Source: Gammaproteobacteria bacterium (GTDB taxonomy: Bacteria > Pseudomonadota > Gammaproteobacteria > JADZEE01). Taken from it: a stretch of 64,000 bases of DNA. The stretch spans positions 14,545 to 78,544 of the forward strand of contig JBFXBD010000014.1 of the NCBI GenBank assembly GCA_050183625.1. The letters are read 5' to 3'. The notes beneath the pieces were generated by a model. The model was not told the origin of the DNA and did not search any database. It saw only the letters and a program-made list of their open reading frames with translations. Of the stretch, positions 52,601 through 58,262 are shown one piece after another. The stretch's first letter is position 1. Each line of letters opens with the position of its first letter. The translations under genes were made by a program, and so were the position numbers.

Positions 52601-54630
52601 TCGAGCGTCACGCCGGCGCCCAGGACCACCGCCGTCGCGCCGGTGAAATCGATGTCGCCGCCGCCGTCGACGCTGACATTGCCGTTCAGCGTGACCTGCG
52701 CGCCCGAGGCCTTGAACGACGCGAGCCGGGCCGTGCCGCCGACCGTGCCGAAGGTAACCGTCCCGGTTCCGGCAGCGAGCGTGAGGTTCTCGGCTCCCGC
52801 GCCGGCGTTCCCGTCGATCGTGCCCTTGATCGCGATGTTGCCGCCGGTGGCGCCGCCGGACAGCGTCACGGTCGCGCCGTCGGCGAGGGTCACATTGCCG
52901 TTCTTGGTGTTGCCGAGGGTGAGGTTGTTGTTCTTGAGGGTGATGTTCGCGCCGTTGCTGAACGCAATCGTGTCGGCGTCGAGTTCGAGGCTTTTCGAGT
53001 TGGCGTTGGCGCTGGCGTCGATCGCCGTCTGCACGTTGATGGTGACGTTCGCCTGCAGCTTGACGTTGACGCTGTCCAGCTCGCTGACGACCTTGCCGGC
53101 GCTGATCGTAAAGGTGCCGGCGCCGCCGTCGGCGAACAGGATTTCGCCGCGCGGACCTCCGACGTTCGGGACATCGACGTTGAGTTGGGCGTCGTCGGTC
53201 GTGGTGGCGCCGATATTGATGACGTCCGGATCCAGCAGCAGGCTCGCGGCCTGGACGTGCCCGTCGTACAGCAGATTCCGCTTGCCCGATACCTCGACGT
53301 CGCCGCCCTTGCCGGACTGCGCGCCGCCGCGCGAGGCGATGCTGCCGTAGTAGCGCGTGGTGTCGTTAGACCACACCACGACCCTGCCGCCGTTGCCGGA
53401 TTCGAGCGCGCTGGCGTCGATCGTGACACCCGCGCCGACATAGGCGAATTCGGCGTTTCGGATCGCCGGGTTGGAACCCTGGAAATCGCCGCCGACCAGG
53501 ATCGTGCCGCCGCCGAGCTTGCCGGATGCATCCACCACCACGTCGCCGACCAGGCCGACCTTGCCGCCCAGCAGGTGAATCGTACCGCCGGAACCGTTCG
53601 CATCGGCCGCCGAGATCCGGGCGCCGTCGCCGACGATGGTCGTATCCGACGACTGCACTTCGACCGTACCGCCGCCGCTGGCGTCGAGCGTGCCGGTATT
53701 GACGACGCTGGCTTCCGGCCCGCTGCCGGACAGCCGGATCACGCCGCCCTGGTTTTCGATCCGCGCGGCGCGGATCACGCCGCTGTTGTTGATGGCACGG
53801 TCGAACACGCCCTGGGCCGTGGAAGCGGACAGCAGCACCTGGCCGCCGGCGGCGTCGATCGTGCCGCTGTTGGATACCGCGGCTTCGGCGCCGGCGGGAT
53901 TGTCGAGCACCGCCTCGTCGACCGCGAAGCGCATGAGGCCGTCGCCGTCGAAATCCAGCACGACCTTCTGCCCGGACACCAGGTTCACGCGCCCGGCGCT
54001 GGCGAGGATCACGCCCTGGTTGCTCACGCTCTTGCCGACCAGGGTCACCGAGCCGCCGGTGGCGGCCTGGATGGTGCCCTGGTTGATGACGGTGCCGTCG
54101 GCGCCCGGCAGCGCATCGAGCCGGTAGCGCCCGGCCATGAAGTCGGCGGCGTCGATGTTTGCGCCGGCGGCGACCAGCGCGCCCACGTTCACCTGCGCGG
54201 TCGGGCCGAACACCACGCCGTTCGGGTTCATCAGGAACACGCGGCCGGTGGCCTGCAGGCGGCCGTAGATCTGGCTCGGCTGCTGGTCGTAGATGCGGTT
54301 CAGTGCCGATGCGGTGGAATTGGGCTGATCGAAACGGACCAGTTCGTGGGCTGCGACGTTGAATCGGGACCAGTCGAGCGCGAGATTCTGGGAAGTCTGC
54401 TGAATGAGCGTGGTGCTGGCATCCGGGCGGGTGATGCTGCCCTGGCCCGCGACCACCGTGCCGCCTTCCGGGCCGGCGAACACGGCGCCGGCGTGGGCAC
54501 CGAGCAGCAGGCCGGCGGCGGGCAGGCAGGCGCCGCGCACCTGAGCGGCCAGGCGCGACAGCCTGAAGGGGTTCGGATCGGGCGCCGTGCGGACGGGGGT
54601 CGTCGGTCTGCGATGCGGTTTCGTGTTCAT
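37675..54630 (-). CDS. giant two-partner-secretion exoprotein (TpsA, filamentous-haemagglutinin-like beta-helical adhesin), 5651 aa
   Basis: Single uninterrupted ORF. N-terminal signal region, then a TPS/haemagglutination-activity domain (GQGSITRPDASTTLIQQTSQNLALDWSRFNV ... RVFLMNPNGVVFG). Thousands of residues of G/A/T/V/N-rich beta-helix-type repeats. A cognate TpsB gene lies immediately upstream. Confidence 0.9.
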   Translation of the reverse strand: MNTKPHRRPTTPVRTAPDPNPFRLSRLAAQVRGACLPAAGLLLGAHAGAVFAGPEGGTVVAGQGSITRPDASTTLIQQTSQNLALDWSRFNVAAHELVRFDQPNSTASALNRIYDQQPSQIYGRLQATGRVFLMNPNGVVFGPTAQVNVGALVAAGANIDAADFMAGRYRLDALPGADGTVINQGTIQAATGGSVTLVGKSVSNQGVILASAGRVNLVSGQKVVLDFDGDGLMRFAVDEAVLDNPAGAEAAVSNSGTIDAAGGQVLLSASTAQGVFDRAINNSGVIRAARIENQGGVIRLSGSGPEASVVNTGTLDASGGGTVEVQSSDTTIVGDGARISAADANGSGGTIHLLGGKVGLVGDVVVDASGKLGGGTILVGGDFQGSNPAIRNAEFAYVGAGVTIDASALESGNGGRVVVWSNDTTRYYGSIASRGGAQSGKGGDVEVSGKRNLLYDGHVQAASLLLDPDVINIGATTTDDAQLNVDVPNVGGPRGEILFADGGAGTFTISAGKVVSELDSVNVKLQANVTINVQTAIDASANANSKSLELDADTIAFSNGANITLKNNNLTLGNTKNGNVTLADGATVTLSGGATGGNIAIKGTIDGNAGAGAENLTLAAGTGTVTFGTVGGTARLASFKASGAQVTLNGNVSVDGGGDIDFTGATAVVLGAGVTLDTDAAAGTTAAGDVLFGTSAVSGAQTLVIDTSADSADADEDGGNVTLGAVGTPAALTGLSVTTTGKGAGATGTATLNGNIATTGNITFSAPVVLATSLSINSGGGSIAFQSTLTGPHDLTLAAGIGAGTTTVTGNVTNLGDGAGAALTVANGATGLVRFQGTFAANSGVNGQAGTSLRFDGDVTLADGDTATSVAALQLDGLAWSGFDGLTTGALTLSGGDVTLDSNGGNIQIASIAGGGRDLILAAGIAAGTTTVTGNVANLGDGAGAALTVTNGVTGLVRFQGTFGGNSGITAQAGTIMRFDDDVTLADGDTGTTLITVTFDGLTWSGFDGLTTGALTLSGGNVSLNSNAGNIQIASIAGGSRDLTLAAGIGAGTTTVTGNVSALGDGTGAALTVANGVTGLVRFQGTFGANSGINAQAGTSLRFDDNVTLTDGDTGTTLDAVQLDGLAWSGFDGLTTGALTLSGGDVTLNSNGGNIQIASIAGGGRDLTLAAGVGSGTTTVTGNVSNLGDGTGAALTVTNGVIGLVRFQGTFGANSGINGQAGTGLRFDGDVTLADGDTATSVAALQLDGLAWSGFDGLTTGALTLSGGDVTLDSNGGNIQIASIAGGGRDLILAAGIAAGTTTVTGNVANLGDGAGAALTVTNGVTGLVRFQGTFGGNSGITAQAGTIMRFDDDVTLADGDTGTTLITVTFDGLTWSGFDGLTTGALTLSGGNVSLNSNAGNIQIASIAGGSRDLTLAAGIGAGTTTVTGNVSALGDGTGAALTVANGVTGLVRFQGTFGANSGINAQAGTSLRFDDNVTLTDGDTGTTLAAVQLDGLAWSGFDGLTTGALTLSGADVTLDSNGGNIQIASIDGGSRDLTLAAGVGSGTTTVTGNVSNLGDGTGAALTVANGVTGLVRFQGTVGANSGLSAAGSTSAVRFDGDVTLGNGNTGTTLAGTVTFDGLAWSSFDGISFGDTTLSSGAVTLTSNNGAINFTGTVDGGQNLTLVAGTGDISVAGEVGGTVALGDVLVSSGRDLLIDDKFVANTLKSGTLTGFVRFGGAGGTGGPVQLTGTNGSNTLDLTTSGASGADAILIQASITATNGDIALTSTGSGNDVRVSVTGMTGAGAGGAGDLPENRDVTAGNGNITISLLGSSARVRLEDANVGASTLANQGKNTRLVANGGVLTEVRLSGDGDYVLGNKLDDIKFPQIVSSVFTREFKTGDVHLGDDSTATITLTDLQMDALAASASVQPTIKIIAVAGNIIIDRATAFAKNLFLVTETAGKTITDAGVGTAFQTVSASGQLLMQTNAGAIGTGGNPLTVDVGAVSVFDSGGQAVFMTDVGSVGNTTYDIGVTAAVGAVTITQSAANALIQRIDSTGTVSVTAAAGTISDHASDTIADITAGGLITLSASGNIDGQAFADDFLDLAAGSSVTASSTGGLIRLRGLGALNVGAGGIHTAGGAITITAAGDIANAGNTIESVGAGAGGSISIAATGAASDLVLTGSIDASGADNGAGAGFAAGTISLTAAVGTIGVANATAIGGDGTGAAGGNGGAITIDAGPNIAVVSGTIDASGGAGTTTGTGGTVAFNGPLVLGGAVQVNSNNGGTVSFTSTVNADDSTVNDRTLSVSASGGTVNFSGNVGTGGNGALADLDATAKTINFNAAAAQTLQVDDQGGNTLTFTGGVVLGQNVTVDTDGATDNNLLFASGGTVDGDAPFTRNLTVGAGSGNVTFSARVGTVQPLGDVKITTVKNFSISIADTIKQNLALTADAFIANSLAATASGFIELGVEIGDFNPGGPTDSAGGDIILRGQAVTDAMNVSAGGSQAGTDANNYSIWIESNILAQAGNIVLTSTALNANIAVVTTGLPNLGSTTTNVVGNPGYNVAERAVQADTGNIVTDVATGGFTVLNDGQRTPGIPPSHIPTPGDPLGDAVNSVLRAAAGSVSVDNVFMDGSADYLDNNTITGIPQIISANLTLNFVGDVLLGTDAITGPPRSAPRVGSGVGQPRAFDDAEMAALFSSQNITVNVTGGDIVIDRTAPAFGGGGQNLTLNAANGLIRDNSSGVAFQTSGTLTLTSAGTIGIDNTDTNPDVGHGTNNADGILIVNVGALTITGTGGNDVAVTSTGGVGNTTWNVATGGAGNVALVQQAANALIGAISTTGTVNVTATAGDILDDADDTTTDITAGGLITLSAGGNIRGPGPGDAFLDLANGSQVTATSTGNGAIQLRSPNTLTIAAGGINTGGGAIGLKATTITLNGNLVSGGGAATVDATTTKLGINPVTVNTDDGVGGGGNASFTGAIDATAAGAQGLTVKAGKGDVTFSGKIGNGTKIQNLAVTARDITVSQSIATAGNGTVTFTNSGTLALAAAADMSLDGAFLQDGTGAVSTAADITTTADDITFQSAVTFTGAVALNSAGGNILFGSTLDAGGNDLALSAAIGAGTTTFTGAVTNLGDGTGPALNVAAGVTGLVRFQSTLAGASGITAGAGTSLRFDGNVTLGNGDTGTTLATVQFDGLNWSSFDGITLGATTLSGGSVSLDSNGGNISIASLTGGSQNLTLAAGVGSGTTTFTGAVTGLGSGTGAALTVANGVTGLVRFQNTLAGTSGISAPGATSQFRFDGDVTLADGDTATAIAGTVRLDGLNWSSFDGIDFGATTLSGAAVTLNSNGGNIQIASIAGGGQNLALVAGIGAGTTTVAGAVSNLGSGTGAALDVAAGVTGLVSLQGTFGANSGIVGGAGTTLRFEDNVTLATGDTATALANVQLDGLTWTGTGFNQMTFGPTKLSGGAVSITSSNKNIVLGTVDGAQALTLTAGTGVVQFTGAVGGTTPLASFTIASAGAEDLSQAITTTGDITVSATSIAVNGQLTTQGAATGTLTLGGGGITLNVNPSVGSGNITLNGAGDDVVINANVIQNVNFGIAADRDIIINAIVQTTGGSSLQLLADNGQDGPTVGGAPDGSGGIWVKPAGQVLAGSSLLMTGSDIFDPTATVPTAGVLIDAGATVQAGTTVTINQQAAAGAATDIVVNDQISATGAVTITANRHAQFGAAAVVTSGGGDISVTADNAAGNNGGAVTMGVSLFDAGVGTITLLSDGSVTLGRLVSTSGVNAAVSITSTSGAIIDGNGAVSNISALIGGAMLGASSGIGAADALEIQVLRITAAVTGAGDAQFQEQDGIIVDSITLANGNLTLNAFGSILDDGNNGTGITAQSANLVANGGIGLAVNDIDTDVGTLNASAAAGGVFVNEANALVIGTVTAAGAGNDISVSAATGNITVGTVNAPNAVALNATGGGIVDDGNGATFITASNAILTAANAVGTLANPIGTSLTTLTANAGAGGIFVAEQNGIVLTSLNAAGAGNDVVVNAAAGDITVVAVSAPDVVTLNATTGAISEGGGAGITATDAQLTAGLGIGGLPLRTTVASITATANNGPLLLRETDGLTLTSLVQNGAGNLAVTSDAGNIVVGTVTAAGSATLTATTGTIVDDANDNLADITAGTSILLTAAGNIEGAAGVGADALDFAAGAQVGTTTTAGGRVSLRGAGALNLLSSVSTGAFTANATGITVLTGNVVNGNAQTVTLNAGTGAIDLQANSAVLSTGNIDLTGDSGTVVASAQIGGSGIGSGAATRVRIEPTSAAVTIGLSGGAGALNIAKADSIRAQNVRLGKADSGAITLGTIAAPPQFASSVLSLNTAQGITQTGSVQIVGGLLIRAGANVVLADVNNDFTTIAADMAGGSLQVFDQSGVTIGSVTDDIGTVTGIQVVDGQNIEVAADGDIAITSGVDSVRSTAVAPGPGASTITLRSLSVGASIGLGSPASACLGTCTVDISPTDFAAIKDGFLKIIIGTPVTGSHLIDADLSAISVHDPLELQTPLGIIRLSGSVNGPSAILPGPSLTLTGTAQVVTNAITVNGDLIFNNDVIVDPTAPVAAGVQITSTGGRIEFQRTLSSAINEFNGVRLSATGAIDFLGSLGTGAIPIIGGPLGQLTIDGATAVNFAAGINANVGGLSTAAGIPLNFDNNVIAINGLTNDGATPTGTVATGGLDLSNAATVNLTGAVTFDSSATGATLNLGANGGTNTTVQGAGSTLALNAGTGTIQIETVNVGTVNVIGGGALLLNGDVTTGVGNIGLAGLADGDAITLTGNRTLTSAGAILAPLENVNGAFSLTATANGGAGQIVLGNVGNTAPLTTLTLNGAAMQFGTVTTSGDQTYGGTIQNLFGDLTSTGGTVTFNGNVANGGAGRTISAVDVTFGAGVTYAGTGVLTLQPAAAGATVGIGSGAGQFTVGNNDLAAIGGIGSLVIGRADGGAVNVNIGAPAPAVLPWILTIRGGATSIASSVNTGANNLNVISSGAITTTAGTLTTAGGSIALSGPGGITLNGGINTAGGGGNANIDAGGAAVAINQAVSYDGGNFNVNAGTINLNGAISGAGGATNLIAPVLNILAGAGLNAVTTGGGNLVLGAPGATITRTGAVAFNAGAGNIAINGPMTDQPNAGLSFTAGAVALSNDISAATLAFNATAVNVSGDVILRSSNSTIVFPAVMLGSGNLAIVPAAGATLTIANAGDLASRIPGNIWNGFTGHLIIGGALEKPMESPAEEQNVTALTASRITVNDGLRSGGPLTLLAANIDLNASLSAGGARGDALTLIAVGVRQDANGQAVADGPGDITGPAAGVAVLEAGFATIIANNEIANSSNIRLDLSGGEAHIAASSTAEQPRFEASSSANATAFNSDDLALVQSLRNLLGAEVFSNLRQVQGFLGLISTGLEALAQLGFIDISVFEQELELIGQIGFAIGMPPEQCEELEGCGPAITEDEIGPLVEKIQANIAELEQRRAAGKEDPERVEKLIAGFREQIARFEALRQQLAAFSEREGAGEFDEGGGEFDDGSGGSDDAAPGGEFDDGGSPPGDVPEEGNPPAGAQPEPGATAPEAPAPAPAPAPKQGSGGEFDDADATPMVPVPSADVNAWPWFDAGAMRPVVFTGDLTMPRALRSY
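44230..45345 (-). repeat. tandem array B: 3 more diverged copies of the same 124-aa module
   Basis: DLALSAAIGAGTTTFTGAVTNLGDGTGPALNVAAGVTGLVRFQSTLAGASGI... repeated three times, starting at D codon 45345-45343. Confidence 0.8.
49649..52252 (-). repeat. tandem array A: 7 x 372-nt (124-aa) modules inside the TpsA gene
   Basis: Unit consensus DLTLAAGIGAGTTTVTGNVSNLGDGTGAALTVANGVTGLVRFQGTFGANSGI..AGTSLRFD.DVTL.DGDTGTTL..VQLDGLAWSGFDGLTTGALTLSGGDVTL.SNGGNIQIASIAGGGR. The first unit starts at the D codon 52252-52250. The 372-nt period also shows up as regularly spaced antisense ORF boundaries (50051, 50426, 50798, 51167, 51542, 51914). Confidence 0.9.
53640..54483 (-). other. TPS secretion domain of the TpsA (approximate limits)
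   Basis: Residues ~50-330 carry the conserved NLALDW/RFNV and NPNG motifs needed for TpsB recognition in characterised TpsA proteins. Confidence 0.7.
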
Positions 54631-54774
54631 AAGCTGACTGCCCTCGTTACACCCGCGCTGCGGTCCTGGGCCTTTCGGTCGGCGCGCCGGTCAGGAGCAC
54701 GTCAGGAAAGGCCCGGCGCCGGATCGATGCTAGGTTGCACCCATGGCTCCGTCCGTGACCCGATTCACACGTGG

Positions 54775-56604
54775 CTAGAAGAACCAGGTGAAATCGACCC
54801 AGCCCTGGGGACTCTTGCCGTTCTGCGGGGTGGGTTCGGTGAGCGGGTAGGCAATGGTGATGGTGGCGTTGAATTTGTTCGGCACGTCGAACGACACGGC
54901 GGCGCCGGCGCCCTGGTAGAGGTTGGAGAAATCCTCGTTCGGCAGCCGCTTGACCAGGCTGCCGTAGGCGCGGTCGTAGAACAGGTGCGCGCGCAGCAAT
55001 TCACCCCACGCCCGATTGCCGAAGGGCGAGGGTTTGTCGGCGATCAGCGGCGCGTTGATGATCCATTCCAGCGAGGCGAAATAGCCGCGATCGAACAGCG
55101 CGTCCGTCGGCTGGTACGCGCGCACGCTCGCCGGGCCGCCGATGGCGAACTGCTCCAGCGGAACGAGCACATCGGAGGTCCACTGGCCTTCGAACCGGAA
55201 CAGCAGCGACTGGTTCTTGAGCTTCTCGTGCAGGATCGACAGCGCCTGCAGGCGCTGGTAGCTCATGAAGGCCTTGTTGAATTCGCCGGTGGAGAACTCT
55301 CTCGATCCGCCTGAGCCTGCGACGCGGCTCGGTGGCGTGGCGGCGGCGGACACGGCGTCCTGGTCGCCCATCGCGCCGAGGAAATCGTTGAAGCCGTGAG
55401 TAATCTGGACCTGGACGAAGTTCAGGCCCGCGAACCGGGCATCGACGCCGTCGTAGTTGGCCTCGAACGCGAGCGAGGTGAGGTTGTCGCGCGAGACCGG
55501 CACGCCGCGCGCATTGGTCTGGGCGCGCTTGCGCGCCAGGTCGATCTTGGCGTAGAGGTTCTCGGATCGGCCGCGCAGGATCGATTTCTCGACCCAGATG
55601 TGGCCGTTCATGGTGTCGGAGAACAGGCGCTGGTCGCGGAACTGGCCGAGTACGTCGAAGCGGTTGCGGTCGAAATTGACGTTGACCCGATAGGTCGGGT
55701 CGAACCACAGCGGGCGCTCGTACTCGGCGCGCCAGAAGAACGTGTCGCGCGGGTTGGAGTTGGCCTGGGCGGTCAGCCGCAGGATGTCCGCGGCGTAGGT
55801 CACGTTGTTGACGTCCGCCTCGAGGCGGTAGCGGCGCTGGCCGGTCTCGCGCACGCCGTGGTTGTCGGCCCGGGCGCGGAAGTTGAATTTGCGCTCGTCC
55901 TGGACCTTCAGCACCAGATCGGCGTCGCCGACCTGCTGGCCGGGCTGGAATACCCCGAAGACATTCATGCCGGGGTAGTCGGTGACGGTCAGGAGCTTGG
56001 ACTCCATCTGCTCCTTGGTGACCGGCTGGCCGATCGCGCCTTCGAACGGCTTCTGCAGCAGCCCGGTGCGGTAGTCCTCGTTGCCCTCGGCCAGCACGCG
56101 GCCCAGGCGGCCTTCGAGCACCTCGATCTTCACCACGCCGTCCTTGACGTCCTGCACCGGAATGAACGCCTGGGCGAGGATCAGGCCCTGGCTGCGCAGG
56201 TACTTGGTGACTTCCGCGGATACCTCTTCCAGGTAGCCGACGGTGAAGCCTTCCGGATGGGCGGATCGCTTGGATTCAACCAGTGCCTGGAGCTGTTCCA
56301 GGGAGATGCCGAGGTCGGGATGGTCGGCGATGCCGACGAGTTCGAAGCGGGAAACGACGACCTTGGGCCCTTCGGAGGGCACGATGTCGCGATCGAGCCG
56401 GGGCGGAACCGAAAATACCGCGCCGGCGGGTTCTGGCGGGCTGGTCGGGCGCTCCTCGCCGGGGCGCAACGCGCCCGGCCGCACGGCTGCGGGTGGCGTG
56501 TCCCCGGCTGCGACCGACGCCGTGGCGGCAGCCAGCAGCACGGCGCCTGCGGTACAGCGCGCCGCCTTCCTCCCGATGTTCCGTGACTGCGCCAGAATCC
56601 CCAC
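54775..56604 (-). CDS. ShlB/FhaC/HecB-family TpsB outer-membrane transporter
   Basis: 609 aa. Signal peptide (AGAVLLAAATASVAAG), POTRA-like region (VVVSRFELVGIADHPDLGISLEQLQALV; IEVLEGRLGRVLAEGN). C-terminal beta-barrel ends in the aromatic beta-signal VDFTWFF. Lies 144 nt upstream of the TpsA gene. Confidence 0.85.
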   Translation of the reverse strand: MGILAQSRNIGRKAARCTAGAVLLAAATASVAAGDTPPAAVRPGALRPGEERPTSPPEPAGAVFSVPPRLDRDIVPSEGPKVVVSRFELVGIADHPDLGISLEQLQALVESKRSAHPEGFTVGYLEEVSAEVTKYLRSQGLILAQAFIPVQDVKDGVVKIEVLEGRLGRVLAEGNEDYRTGLLQKPFEGAIGQPVTKEQMESKLLTVTDYPGMNVFGVFQPGQQVGDADLVLKVQDERKFNFRARADNHGVRETGQRRYRLEADVNNVTYAADILRLTAQANSNPRDTFFWRAEYERPLWFDPTYRVNVNFDRNRFDVLGQFRDQRLFSDTMNGHIWVEKSILRGRSENLYAKIDLARKRAQTNARGVPVSRDNLTSLAFEANYDGVDARFAGLNFVQVQITHGFNDFLGAMGDQDAVSAAATPPSRVAGSGGSREFSTGEFNKAFMSYQRLQALSILHEKLKNQSLLFRFEGQWTSDVLVPLEQFAIGGPASVRAYQPTDALFDRGYFASLEWIINAPLIADKPSPFGNRAWGELLRAHLFYDRAYGSLVKRLPNEDFSNLYQGAGAAVSFDVPNKFNATITIAYPLTEPTPQNGKSPQGWVDFTWFF

Positions 56605-56698
56605 CTTCCGGTTACGAGCGGTTGTGCCGTGGCCCCCCGGCCGCAGCGGTCACCAGGGACGGCCGCAGCAACACCGTCCGGACCCTGCCCCGCGGCCG

Positions 56699-56728
56699 AG
56701 TATAACAACCGCTTTGCGAATCCAGCAA
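56699..56728 (-). promoter_or_regulatory. candidate sigma70 promoter for the tpsB-tpsA-sapC transcript
   Basis: Minus strand TTGCTG (56728-56723), an 18-nt spacer, then TATACT (56704-56699), ~95 nt upstream of the TpsB ATG. Confidence 0.3.
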
Positions 56729-56858
56729 CGGTTTTTTTACTGCGGTCGATGTCGAGATGAGGCGCTTAATACCCTGAACTGAAAATTGTTTCGGAATGAT
56801 GCCAGCCGGATGTGTTGCTATCAGCATACGCCGCGGGCGGCAGTGCGGCCACCCGCCG

Positions 56859-57869
56859 TCAACCGGCCTTTGCCGGCGTGGCGGCGAGCGTCTTGCGCCA
56901 GGACTCGATCTGGTCGTCCGGCGCCTGCAGGCGGTAGGTCTCGCGGGCCTTGGCCGTGATCTGTTCGCGGACCTTGGCGCCGGCCTCGCGCAGCAGCAGT
57001 TCCCTGGCCTGGGCCTCGACCTCGGTGAACTCCAGCTTGCGACCGGGGACGATGGCGCCGCGTTTGACCAGGTGATAGCCGCTGGCGGTGCGGACCGGCT
57101 TGCTGATTTCGTCCTCCGGCAGGTCCGCCACGACGGTTCGCACTTCCGGCAGCAGGTCGTTGACCTGGAGCAGGCCCATGTAACCGCCGGAGAACCGGCT
57201 CGCCTGGTGCCTGGAATAACGTGCCGCCGCGTCGGCGAAGCTGATCCGGCCCGCCCGCAGATCGGCCGCCACGGCGTTGGACTCCTTTTCCGCCGCTGCC
57301 CGGGCCGCGGCCGGCGCGTCTGCGGCGGCCGGCCAGAAGATCTGCCAGACGTGGACCTGATCCGGGACCGCGAACTTGTCCCGGTTGTCGTCGAAGATCT
57401 TGCGGACCTGCTCCGGCTTGGGAAAGTCCGCGCCGAGGGTCTTGCGCACCAGCTCGCTGAGGTAGGTTTCCACCAGGATGCGTTCGCCCTGGCGCCGCAT
57501 GAGCCCGGCAATGGTCGGATTGTTCTGCAGGTTGTTGGCCCGCGCGGCGGCAATCAGGGAGCGCAGCGCCCCCTCGCCGTCGACGAAGCGCTTGAACGCA
57601 GTCGGATCCTCGACCACCGCCTTGCCCTGCGCCGGCGGCAGGAAGGCCAGCAGACCGCGGATGTCCTCCAGGCCGACCGCGGCTGGTTCGCCGAACATCG
57701 GGCCCGGCCCTGCGCCAGCGACGGCATTGGCGGGCGCCGCGGGCGCACCGGCGGTGGCCGGCGCGGGGGCGGACGCACTCCCGGCGGCACCGGGTCCGAA
57801 CCTGTTTGCGACCAGGGCACCGATGACCACTCCGGCAGCAAGCAGGGCGATGTACGGGACGGCTTTCAT
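56859..57869 (-). CDS. parvulin-type peptidyl-prolyl cis-trans isomerase (PpiC/SurA-like, membrane-anchored or exported)
   Basis: Within ORF 56859..57941; start taken at ATG 57869 (MKAVPYIALLAAGVVIGALVANRF, a hydrophobic N-terminus). Parvulin core VHVWQIFW ... SRFSGGYMGLL ... ISKPVRTASGYHLVKR. Confidence 0.8.
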   Translation of the reverse strand: MKAVPYIALLAAGVVIGALVANRFGPGAAGSASAPAPATAGAPAAPANAVAGAGPGPMFGEPAAVGLEDIRGLLAFLPPAQGKAVVEDPTAFKRFVDGEGALRSLIAAARANNLQNNPTIAGLMRRQGERILVETYLSELVRKTLGADFPKPEQVRKIFDDNRDKFAVPDQVHVWQIFWPAAADAPAAARAAAEKESNAVAADLRAGRISFADAAARYSRHQASRFSGGYMGLLQVNDLLPEVRTVVADLPEDEISKPVRTASGYHLVKRGAIVPGRKLEFTEVEAQARELLLREAGAKVREQITAKARETYRLQAPDDQIESWRKTLAATPAKAG

Positions 57870-58262
57870 GGCATTGTTCACGGGTGTCTCCAGGAACGTG
57901 GGGCGCAGCAACGGCCGGCGCATGGCAAATCCGGCGTTCAAATCGTAGAATCCCGGGCAATGTGTCGCGGCTGCGACTGCCAGAAGATTATTTTGTTATT
58001 CTAAAGAATGTTCCAGGCATTAGTTCAATCTGTTTGGAAAATTCCACGATCCCTGGCGTACGCGTCCGCGAGCGCGGCACCCGGGCAAAAGCAGTGGATG
58101 GGGGGAGATTCTGCATCCTGGCCGCGCCGGGGAGCGGCGCGCCGTCGCCACCGCAGCCGGCGAATGACCCGTGGCGGATGCCCCATGATGGGTGAAGTCG
58201 CGTCGATTCGTCGGAATCGCCCGGCCCGGGCCGGTACCTAGGAGCGCAGCAACCGCACGTTC

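Noticed and set aside
38539-55314. 5591-aa plus-strand ORF, larger than almost any real gene, lying antisense to the TpsA gene and extending into tpsB.
   Set aside because: It is in the codon-aligned antisense frame of both tpsA and tpsB; plus-strand triplets starting at 54628 and 56602 share its phase. Stops in that frame arise only from sense TTA, CTA or TCA codons, which a GC-rich gene made of GCC/GGC/ACC/GTC/AAC codons essentially never uses. Its translation is Arg/Ala/Gly/Asp-rich nonsense with no motifs. It runs straight through the tpsB-tpsA intergenic region. The opposite strand has unmistakable TPS-domain and TpsB features.
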